Shown here: positions 35,157-47,100 of the stretch, one piece after another
How the letters are laid out: each line of letters opens with the position of its first letter
Numbering within the stretch: the stretch's first letter is position 1
Source: a virus
DNA: 64,000 nucleotides
IMG/VR virus record: IMGVR_UViG_3300028388_003330
Coordinates: 1-64,000 of that record
Reading direction: 5' to 3' (one strand)
The notes under the pieces: model-generated
Told to the model about the DNA's origin: nothing
Databases searched by the model: none
The model's input: the letters and a program-made list of their open reading frames with translations, nothing else
Position numbers and translations under genes: made by a program

Positions 35157-38100
35157 TTCTTCACCTCAAGCGCAGAGATAATTAGGTCGTCCACTTTTAC
35201 TTCTATATCGTTTCGACCGCTTTCATAGGTGTTAGAAACATACAAATCTACTGAGTACCTACGAGTCCCAGCAGGCGGAACGTCCATGTACACAAACGTG
35301 ATAAAGTCGCCGCCCCCTTCGCGATACCTCGCTATTTGAGTGCCACCATATATGTGTACATCATCTCTTTTAAGGTCCATGTACAACGAATCGTACCCAT
35401 CGCCGTTGGCGCTGGATATAACCATCCGCATACTAACTGTTATCAGCGCTTCGTTACCAGTAGCCGTATACGTTAAGTATCCGTACTCCGTCCAAGTGTT
35501 TGCAACAGTAGTAAGAGTTGTGAATTTATTCGTCGTTGGTATGGTGACCGCCCTGTCAGCTATCTTTAACGTAGTGACAGCAAGTTCATCTATCTGAAGC
35601 GTACCAACCGCAAGCTCAGCGATATGCCCTCTTTCCACAATCTCCAGGGAGTCGGCCTTCAGAGAAGAGGCTTCGATATTCCCCCTGGCGTAGATGTCGT
35701 TAAACTGGGCGTTGCCGTTTTTGTTTATCCACCAGCCAGACGTTACGTTGACGAAGTTGGTAGACTGTATCGTGTTGCCGATATAGGCATCACCTATGGC
35801 GCCAGCGGCGATAACAGTAGAAACGTTACTCTGATTAATCTCGTCGATGAACGCGAAAGTACCACTCTCTGAGCCAGCAGACTGCAGGCAGGCCCTGGCC
35901 ATGTTCCAGGCTTGGTCCCTGTTCCAGAACTCGCGGTAGTACCGCGCCTCGGAGAAGATGCCCCCGTAGTACACACCGGAACCGAGAGAAGACGTATCCC
36001 AGTCGCCTTCGCTGTTTCCGCCAATAGCCACTGCACGGGCTGTCGTTGTGAAGCTGGACGTCGTGCCGAGCGTCGAGGTCTGGTATGACCCGTCGGCGTG
36101 GAACATGTAGTAGTGGAGTTCGTTCGCGTCCTTGTCGAACGTGACGATCAGGCAGTGCCACTCGTCCTGGTATATCGCGTCAGTAAGCGTGCTGGGGTTG
36201 CCGAATGCAAGGCTGACATTCATCTTGCCGTTGCCGTCGTACGTGGATTCGGAGGTAGAAACCCCCCAGCCATCTGATAAGTCCCGAGTAACAATCCGCG
36301 CCCCTGAAGGGGGAGGCGTGGACGGGGCTTTAAAGACAAACACCCACGACTGCTGCGGGTAGGTCGCGTACGCCGTGTCCACATTCTTCGCGAGCTTGAC
36401 CCCTGCGCTGTCTATCTGGACGCCTTTGCCAAGGTTGGCCTGGACTACACTTACCGAGTTCGCGCCGTTGCTCAGAGTCACATAGCCAAGTTTGGCGGTA
36501 GCGTCCTTGAACTCTCCGCTGTCGTCATCGCTGTAATCTGTTGCAAACGACCAACGCCCAGCAAGTTTTGTCGGGTTTGGTAGGCTGTCTGGATAGCCGG
36601 TGAAGTTATCCCAGAAGTCAGCACCAACAGTTGCACCGTCTTCGATGTTGTTTAGCTTAGTGCCCTCGGCGGTGCTGATTTCCGACAGCGAGGTGGGAGT
36701 GCCGGAGAGATCGTCGTACTCGGTTGTGCCGCCACCTGGGATCGCATAGGTCGATGGGTTGGACAATGCCCCGACCCGCTCCTCGAACATGATGCCGTCG
36801 AACCACACGTCGCAACCCGCACCGCCTTCGTTGTCTACGCGAAGCAGAAGGCGGGTGGAGGTGGTATCCGCCGAAAGGTCTATCGTGGCCGTGATGCGCT
36901 TCCAATCACCGGGTGTAGCGGCGCAGGTGAAGTTGTAGCCGAGATAGGTATCGTTTAACTGCCGCCGGGTGTATAGCTGCACTGCCGCGTTGGCGGTGTT
37001 GCTGCGGACGTAGCAACTGAACAGCCACACTTTACCCGGCTCTATCGGGATGTTGTAGTTAGTTGCGCCATCACTAAGAAAGACGTACCCATTATCGCCG
37101 GTCGCCGCTATCTTTAGGCTGTGCCCACCGAAATAGCTGACAGTGGCGTCTAGGCTTACGGTAGCCGTCGACGCCTTAGCCAGCGTCGGGAAAATATTCT
37201 CGAACACCGAGTACCGATAGTTGGCAATGTTGACGCCACTACCTGCCGTGTTGTTGTAGGTACTGTCGGCGTCAAGCTCGCCCACGTAGTCGAGGTCGTA
37301 GATCGAACTGTTGGTCTTCGCCAGGGCGCTAACAAGCGGGGCACCCTTGTAGATGCTGAACGGTATGTCGAGCCACGCATCGGGGTCGTCATCAACCTCG
37401 CCAGCGTAGGCTTCAAAACCGTTGCCTTCCCCACAGCCTGGGATGCCGATGAGAACGTAAGCGCTGCGGTTCTTGAACAGATTGGTCGAGCCGTAGACCG
37501 CCTTTGATGCGCCGCAGCGGTACATCGCCGCGTCTAAGCCGTTAGCCAGACGGTTGTTCTCTGGTTCGTCGAAGCCGTAAACGACCACGATCTTGGTGTT
37601 GTCAAGAGCGTTGAGCGCAGCGGCCATCGTTGTGGCGTTAGCGACGCTACCGTAAACATCGTAGGTCTGACCAGACTCTCTGAGTCCGGTTGTGCGGTTG
37701 AACACAACCATGGTATAGGAACGCCCGATGCCCTGGATCTGGGTGTCGTCTTCGTCGTAAAGGCCATGCCCATGGGCGGAATAAGTGGCTTGGTTACCCT
37801 TAGTTACCACCCGGTACATCAGCGGACGACCTGACAAGTTGGCAGTCCAGTCAGCGCCAACGGTCGCTTCAGGCTGTACGCGGCTGACCTCGACGTGGGA
37901 CACCTTGACCGTGCCGGTACACGCGCCAACGATGATCTGCACGCTGACCTGACGGCAGTCAGGCTGCAGCGCGGCAGCAGAACCCTCCAGCCAGTACCAC
38001 TGACCTTTGGTTACACCACCATCGTCGCTTACTAGATCTGGCCACGAGCCAACGGCGGTGCTTGCGCCAGCGCTGGTTTTCTCATTCAGTTCGATCCGGA

Positions 38101-41100
38101 ATCCTGTCCCGTTGTAGTCGGTCGAGAAATACACCCGCGCGCGGCAGTACAGCTTCTCCCCTTGCAGCAGTGGGATGTACTCGCCCCTGTTGGTGTAGCA
38201 TGTCTGACCATAGGCTGTCGCCGTGGGGTTGACCACTTGCCAGCAGGGACCGCCGTCTTCCGCCCCCGTAGCCGATACCGTGGCGCCCCCCGTGACGTTC
38301 CAGAACGACGTGTCGCCGGACGCGTACTTTATGAATCCCGGATCGCCGCAGAAGTTGTAGCCCATCGGCGCGTACTTGTTCAGCAACTGCTCGTCGGGCG
38401 GCATGTTATCTAGGTTAGTGCCCCAGGTTGCACCTACGGTCGCGCCTTTCTCGTATCCACCGATAGGCCGTATCTGCACGGCGTCTACGTCGTAGTAACG
38501 TGACGTTGCCGTCCAGTGGTACACAGCGAATGAGGCAAATTTGGCCCCGGCTGTTGGAGTGTATGTGTAGGTGTCTTCTTGCCACGTCGTTCCGGGGTAC
38601 TGCCCGTTGTTATATACAGAAACGAACGTGGTTCTAGTATCAGTCAACGCACTAGTACCACCAGCTCCTATGTGAGTTTTGCCCTCCGCGAGCGCAGAGC
38701 TTTTCTCGTTGAACCGGAGATACAGCCCAGTAGTGCCTACGCTCTCAGCACGATGGCGAATCGTTACCTCGTAAGTTTGCTTGTCGTCGATGGGTATTGC
38801 GGGCCACCCGTAAGCAACGCTGGCGTCATTCGCGTGGGAAATACGCATCCACGTCTTAGTGGAATCGCCCCAAGCAAATGCAGCCTTGCTATTCGTGCTT
38901 TCAACCGCTTCTATACCAGCAGGTTTGCCGTCTGGGCCGTTTATGGACAGGTTCCAGTTCGGCAGCATCCCTGAAACAGCCGATACGTCCCAGGCCGGAG
39001 TAGCCTTGACGACGATGTTTTCCGTTGCAGCACCGTCGGCGTTTGACGCCCATATCGCGATGGTGTTGGTGCCTTCAACAGCGTCCCCAACGCGGTAAAA
39101 CCACCAGCTTGTGTTATCAGGCTGCGAGCTAACTTCGTTGTAGTGTAGGTTTGCGCCTATGGTCGTTCCATTGAGTGCGAGTTGCACCCCGCCTTCAGCA
39201 TCGCGTATCAGGACGCCGATAATGATCTTACCCGCCACGGGGCAGTTGAATGTCCACGTATCGGCGCTAGCAATCGTCGTGCTCATGGGAATGCTGTCGT
39301 TGATGGCCCCTGTAGTGAACAGAGTGGACCCAGCAGCGAACGCAGCCTCTAGCGCGTCATACCATTCCTGCTTGGTCTGGCCTACAGTCGCACCGTCTTC
39401 GATGTTAGTTAACTTAGTGCCCTCGGCGGTGCTGATCTCCGACAACGAGGTTGGTGTACCAGAAAGGTCGTCGTATAAAGTTGTTCCACCTCCGGGTATC
39501 GCGTAAGACGAGGGGTTGGACAATGCCCCGACCCGCTCCTCAAACATAATGCCATCGACCCACAGATCACATCCTGCACCGCCGTCGTTATCAATACGAA
39601 GGCGAAGACGAGTTGAAGTGTCTGCGCTAAGGTCAAGCGTCCAGGTGATACGTTTCCAATCACCGGGCGTAGCCGCGCAAGTAAAACTGCCACCTGGGGT
39701 AGTGCCGTCGGAGTTCCTTACGGCACGCAACTGCACTGCGGAGTTTGCGAGACTGCTGCGGACGTAGCAACTGAACAGCCAAACCTTACCGGGTTCGATA
39801 ATTACGTTCCAGTCGCTAGCGTTTTCGGCAAGAAGAACATAACCATCATTGTCGGTTGCCGATATTTTCAGACTGTGCCCACCGAAATAGCTGATGGTGT
39901 CGTCGTAACTAACCGTTGCGCGGACAGGTACTAACGTCGGGAAAATGTCCTCGAATACCGAGCAACGGTAGTCGGCAATGTTGACGCCACTGCCTGCCGA
40001 GTTGTTATAGGTGTTGTCGGCATCAAGCTCGCCCGTGTAGCCAAGACCGAGAATAGTTACCTTTCCTCCACCGGCTCCAGACAGCGTCCCGTCGTCGGCT
40101 AGTTCAATGACGGTGTTGTCAATAGATTTATCAAAGAACGCAAACCGCAGGTTGTCGAAAATGACGGTGCCTTGGAACTGCCCACCGGACATGCCGGTAT
40201 AAGACGCCATTAGGTGAATCTGTAATCTATATATCTGCTCGCCAGGGTTAAGGCGGGCGGTAAACGGTACTTTCTGCCAGCCGGTGGTCGTCAGCGGGGC
40301 TGTGAACGGTGTCCGCCTGTAGCTCCCGGAGGTGTTATAGAACAGATCAACCAGAATACCTGGGCGTCCGCCTGCGACATAGTTTTCAATGTATATGTCG
40401 AACGCACCGGAGACGAAGGTATCAGCCGGAAGCGGGGTGTCGTAGAACGACACAGTGCGAACTATGCCGAAGTTAGTGGCAGCCGGTACGACAAACTTCA
40501 CCGCGTAGGGGCCGATGCGCCTGAGCGTCGTCTCTTTTACTGGAGTGCCCACTCCGTAGCTGTTCCACCCTGTTGGCCTAGTCTGACCATCCGGCCAATC
40601 ACTGAACGTCGGGTTGAAGCCTAGAGCAACTGAATCGTCGTTGGTGTAGATGCTGTCGTAGGGGATGTTGGTGACGTTGCTGTTGAAGTCAGCGCCTACG
40701 GTCGCGCCGTCTGCTGGCAGGTTGGTGTTGGTTGCTATCAGCGAACTGAGTACGTCGATGCCAGTACCGGCTGCGGTAGTCCATTTTCTACCAATGGCGA
40801 CAATGCAGTCAGTGTCCAGCGGTGTGAACGTGTATTTCACATTGCCGTTATCAACCGCCTGCCATGTATCCGTGTCAATGTCATAAATCGCGCCGAAGAA
40901 TTCAACGGCAGTTCCGAAATTGTTGGCGAACCGTGTGTTAGGGGACTCGTCCGTATAGATGATGTAGAACGGGTCTTGCTTAATCCCACCTTCCCACGCC
41001 GTGTTTAGCTGGGTGTCGTTGGTTATGCTGCGCTTCGTCCCATCCGGGTGATAGAACGTTGTGCCCGTTATGCGGATCTCACCGGGGTTCGCACTACCAT

Positions 41101-44100
41101 CCCCAAGTTCGTTTTTAAGTAACCTAACATCGCCGAACCCACCAGTGTGCATCGACCCCAGCGCAGCGCGATTGAGAGCAACAGGAACACCAGACACTCC
41201 GTCCCAATTTGCCGTATCACCAAGACCTGCGCCGTCAGTCAGTTCACTAGTGTTTGTGATGTAATTGGCGTTGAGTGCGCCCGTATAGTCGAGGTCAAGA
41301 ACGCTACCGCCAGAAAAATTGATTCCATCCCAATTTATCTTGCCGCCCGACTGCAAGACGATATTGCCAGATGAATCGCGAATCGTTATTTGCGAAAATT
41401 CTGCCGATCCAGATTTATCAATCCTCCAACCACTTGTTGGCGTGTAGTTAAGGCTTTGAATGTAATCGCCGATTTTCGCAGTGGAAATAGTGCCATCTTG
41501 TATATAAGTTTCATCGATATATACAACGCCATTGCGAACAATAAATGGTACAGATACATCAACGCCATTCGGATCAAGAATAGAAAACTGATTCGCAAGA
41601 ATCGCCACCTCTGAACTGGTGGTTCCAGATTGATCGTTTTCAACAGAGAGACCAATACCTGCTATTGCTGTTTTTCCATCAGCGGCACGAGCTTCTACTT
41701 TTACGGTGTATTCTGAGGAAAGAAGCCCGTCTTTATCTGCACGCGCTTTGGCTTCTCGCTGAACTGCCGCTATTCCCAAGCCGTCATAGTCCCTAAGAGC
41801 CCGACGCATACCACGAGCAACATACTCATCGTCGCTCAGGTTGTTAAGCCGCAGCATGAAAGGGGCGGTTCCTTCAAACCGCACCGGGCCGCTGTAGAGC
41901 GTCGGGTCCACGCCGCCGATATTACCAACTTCGACTTTGCCGACGTTGTCGCGAGATGCGTAGGACAGGTCGTGGGTGGCGACTACGCCCGTGGAGTCGA
42001 TAACAGTGATAACGCAGGGCTCTACTGCCGCAACAACGTAGTCAGATACGTTATGGGCAATAAGATAAGTGTCGCCCAGCATCTTCGTCGAGATAGCGGG
42101 TTCGCAGTCGCCACCGGCGCTGTCGCCAATAGCCGTAGTCTGAACGAGTCCAGGGGAAGTGATGTAGTGCGAATTGCCGAGTGATGTTTTCTCGTACGAC
42201 GAGTTTACGCTGTCATAAATAACACTGGTGTAGCGCGCCGCCAGAATCTCACGCGCCATCGGCAACAGACAGGTGTAGTCACCAGCGTTACCCTCGGCGA
42301 AGGCGACGATATCCGAACTGGACTCGATAATGACAAACGCCGGTTCAGTAACCGTCGTTGACCACGTCTGCACCGTGCCGGACGGGACCGTGACCGTAGC
42401 AGTCGGCGAGCTAAAATCATACAGCGGCGTGCCAGCATTGTTTATCTTGACGACTGCAGATCCCGACACCGCATAAAAATACAAAGTTACCGGCGAATAG
42501 CGGTTGTAGTAATGCCCGAAGTATCTGCCGCAATCAGAGAATGCTGGAACCTGATCGCCGCGATCCTGTAGCTCAAACTGCGTGGGCTTGTTCGCCGTGA
42601 ATATGTCACCAAGAGACGCGGTACGAGTGATGACACTCATCGCGTCCAGCGGGCCAGCGGTCTCTACACTGTTTTGGTAGATGTAGGTGCCGTCTTCCAG
42701 CGCTGCGATGCGAATGGTCTGGTCTCCGGAGGACCCGAGCACCACCCTTGGAGACGTAAGCGCCTGCGCATTTATATAAGAAGGTTCATCAGATCGAACA
42801 TCAGTCAATGCCGAAAGCTGTTGAATAGATTCTGCTCGGGCGGTTTGTTCATCAGAGATTACATCGTCGACATAGGTAATTGAGGCTTTGAGATCAATAT
42901 CAGCCTGAAGACCGTCGTCGGCAGTTTGATAATCCGTTTCCAGTTGAGAGATTGCGGTAGCTCTTGCCGTCGTTTCATTAGAGACTGCCGTGTCTACATA
43001 AGTAATAGACGCCTTCGACGATGAAAGGTCGTTATAACCCCAGTCCGAATAAACAGGAACAACCTCATAACCTGCGGGTGTGTAGGTATGATCACCAATC
43101 GCATCTGCAACAGCATCTTGGCGAGTATCGATCCAGCTATTACCTACAACGCCATAGACTGAAACCTGTACTCGACCAGCAATTTCTTTGGCGTTTTCCA
43201 GATTCAGTACATAAATGGTTGTCTTGTTTGCTGTTGGGTCATGATAGACCGCCAACCGATCTGGAATTTCTACATCATTGCGCCAACGATATACAGCGGT
43301 TCCTACAAACGTACCAATACCGTCATGTACAAGACCGTTACTGTTTGTAAAAACAGAAATATCAACGTCTGCTGAATTATCTTGGCGACCAGCCCTTGTA
43401 CCGTAACGGACGCGACCAGATAGAGCTAGTCCGTGATAATTACCGGTATTTGTATACTCAAATATCTTAAACGCCGCTGTTGTGCCACTGCCGTTATGAA
43501 TCTTTAGATCAACGTTATAAACCGTTTCAACTGCAGGTAGCGAAACCTTATCAAAATCACCAATGGGCACACCGTTCTGCAGATCGGTAACATCATCGGC
43601 GATAAGAGAATCGGCAGCTTTATAATCAGCGTCTAACTGCGACAACGCCGTGGCGCGAGCCTGCTGCTCATCAGAAATTACATCGTCGACATAGGTAATT
43701 GATGCTTTGGCATCAATATTGGTCTGAAGACCTGCGTCAGCAGCTTTGTAATCGGTATCTAACTGCGTCAACGCTGTCGCACGAGCCTGCTGCTCATCAG
43801 CGATTGCATCATCGACATAGGTAATCGACGCTCTGGTATCGATAGCGTAATCGGCGGTAGCGTCTTCCAGCATTATTGCGCCGACTTCCGTTGTTCCTGC
43901 TACACCGCCATAGTTGGCAATGAAAACGGGACGCATATAGCGAACGTTTTCGTGAGCAAGATGCGGGGCCTCTGCTGTGCTAGCGCCCGAATAATCTCCA
44001 AGCGGCGAGCCGTACCCTTTGGTATAACCGGTAATAACTTCCCAAGTTGCTGCTATGGTGCTTTTACCACCGCCAGTGGTGTGATAGTGCTGATTGTTGA

Positions 44101-47100
44101 AAACGTTATCGCCATTGATGTTGACATACGTCGTTCCATCGGACGCAATGCCCTCAAAACCCGCGTAGAAAGTACCGGTTCCAGCCGTCCTACGAATAAT
44201 AACGGTCCATTTATAGATACGCTCTGGATCAAACGGAATTAGGCTGTTATGAGCCAACCAGTGAAGATCATCGCCCGAGTTATCACCGATTCTTAGAAAC
44301 TTACCGCCCATATAGCTATCAGCGGCGGTTTGAATCGATAGCTCCCCAGTTCCTTGTCTGGTGATCCAGTAATTCAAGGCATTGGCGTCTTCCCAAGTTT
44401 CTTGGAAAATGAGATTGCCGGAGTTTGACGCCGTCGCTTCAAGCGCTTGGATTGCCTGAGTGTGCGAACTTAAAGTGCCTGCTTGATCAATATAAACTGT
44501 CGTTTCTAGGTTATCGATAGCCTGAGCGCTAGCACTAAGACCCGTTTCCGAGTCGTCAATTGACGCCTGAACAGCATCTAGACGATTGGCGTTAGCAACG
44601 ACGCCTCTTTCACTATCTTCTACCGTCGTTTCAAGATCGCTAATAGCAATAGAATGCGCTGCTACAGCGTCGCCAAGACTGGAGTAATCACCGATTTTCG
44701 TCCAGTAAGCGGTATCGGTAGGAAGAGGCGAAGGTGGAAAAACAGCCGTCGTATCCTGAATACACCGATAAAGCGAACCGTTGTAAGCAACGATATCGTC
44801 TACAAAATATTCAGTATTCGCATCAAAATCAGGCGTACCTTCAAGCGCCGCCACTTGAGTCTGGAGAGTATCTACCGCGCCCTCTAGGTCTGTCGTTCTA
44901 TCGTCAAGACCGGTAGTAGGCGTATCAATTAAATTAATTCTGCTATTGAGCGAAGCGGTTAATTCGCTCTCTGAAATCTGACCCTGAAGATCGGCTAATG
45001 TAATACCGAAGTCTTCAATGACGACACTAACCTCAGAGCTAAACGTTAGATTGTCTTTGCCCCAAATGTCATACGCCGCAACACGGACATACCAAGTTTC
45101 ACCGTTATTGGCGGTTATCAGACAACCATTGCCAGTACCTTCATATACCTTGTTTGTATTTATATTTGGAGTAAAGCCAATGGTTTGAGATGCGCAAACG
45201 ATATATCCGCCAACATCAACATCGCCTACACGATCCCAGCCAGCAGCATACTGCGTCTCAGCGTTATTAACGAAAAGATTGCTTGGCGCAGAACTAATCT
45301 GCGGGTTCGTAACGATAATACTTGCGGAGCTACCAGTGGTTCCGCTATAGAGTCTAGCTTTAACCCTAACCGTGATTGAACGATTAATCTGTCCGTCGTT
45401 CTGAGCATCCGCCCATGTATAGGTGTAAGACGGATCTCCAGTGTATGAAATTCGAACAACGGCTGAATTGATTTCAACCTGAACCTCGTAGTCGTAAGCC
45501 TCTTCCAGCTCGTCCCAGCGAACCGTAAAGCGATCCGAAATGAACGGACTTACCAGACCAAGATTCTGAACCTGACCGGGCGGGGCAACTTGAGTGCCGT
45601 TAACAGCGTTAAAATCACTATAAACGCCATCTGTAGTTACTGCTTTAACCCAATAAAAATAACTGATGCCCTGATTAACTGCGGCATCTGTGAAAGTCGC
45701 CTCTTTTGTACGTCCTATTTCTACCGCCGTACCGTTATCATCACTGGCACTGCGATAAACAACGATTTCGTCGTATATGCCTGTTGGCGGCGTCCAACTA
45801 AGGCTAACGATTGTTCCAATTGCAGTCGCAGTAAGGTTTGTAGGCGTAGTTACATCTGGGCGCGCAGTAGAACTAAACGCGATGGTTGGCGCACCAGCAA
45901 AAGTGGCCCGACGACCAACAATGTCAAAAGCAACGACCTTAAAGAAGACAGAAACGCCAACAGGGATGCGATGACGATACTCCAATGTCCGCATATCAAC
46001 CTGACCAACCTTCTCGTAAGGTGCGCCATCAACGGACATATGAATATCTGCACCGCCATAAACACCTGAAGCGGGATACGACCAATACAGATTTGCAACA
46101 GGAAGATAGCTGTTACCTATCTTCTCATATTCTTGGTAGACGCCTAGATCAACAACCTGCCCAATCTGTTGAGGTGCCTCATATATAGGCAACTCAATAT
46201 TATTGTCAACATTATATATTGCCGAATTATACTCAATGGCCCGGATTGTACGAACTTCATGACCAGAACCATTAATTGCAATAACGCGAAATGGACGCTT
46301 GACTAGGGTAACCGGCCCTAGCATAAATTTTGCGTATTTTGGAGGGGCTGAACCTAACGACGAGGCTACGGTTACCGATGATGTTAAACCCGGCGCGTTT
46401 GTAATATCTCGCTCAATTATTACATCAGTATCGTAAATAGTATAATCATGACCAGCAACGATACCAATGGTGTTTTCTATTTCAACACCATAATTTCCAG
46501 ATCCGTCATCATATACAACGCGACGAATTCGATGATCAACGCCGTTAATAACAGCGCGTGTTACGTTGGTATTGCCGTCATAACTGTTCAACCATACAAT
46601 GCCGCCTCCTACTGCTACGCCAGACACCGTACCGGTTGCGCGAGAAATCTTGTCGTAATTAATAAGCAGTCGGTAAGTAATACCGTCTAGTAACTCAACC
46701 TCTTGATCAAGGTTAACAACACTAACCGTGGAATTCGCTTCCAGCCGACCGCTGTACTCCCAATTCGGGAGATTATGCTGTACAAGTATCTGACTACCAA
46801 CCGTACAAGCAATAGACTCTACCGGCGCATCAAACGTAATGCTTTTGGTAATGTACTTGTTTAAGTTAAGTTGAAATACCGCCTCATTAACGGCTTGTTG
46901 TTTATCGGTACAACCAAATAACGTTATCCTTGCCGTTTTTACGTCATCAGTTGGCAAAAGAGATGGGTCGCGAACCTTTAATGTGGTTCTTTCATAATCG
47001 TTTTCTGAATCAAAGTAGGTAACTTCGATTTCATTTGCCCTGTCAGTCATGGGCAACCAAGTCATCTTAAATGACTTCTCGACAATGTTACCTACGTTGA

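Noticed and set aside
36624-40040. Diversity-generating retroelement TR/VR pair
   Set aside because: Both copies are coding, differences are not adenine-restricted, and no reverse transcriptase is in the window
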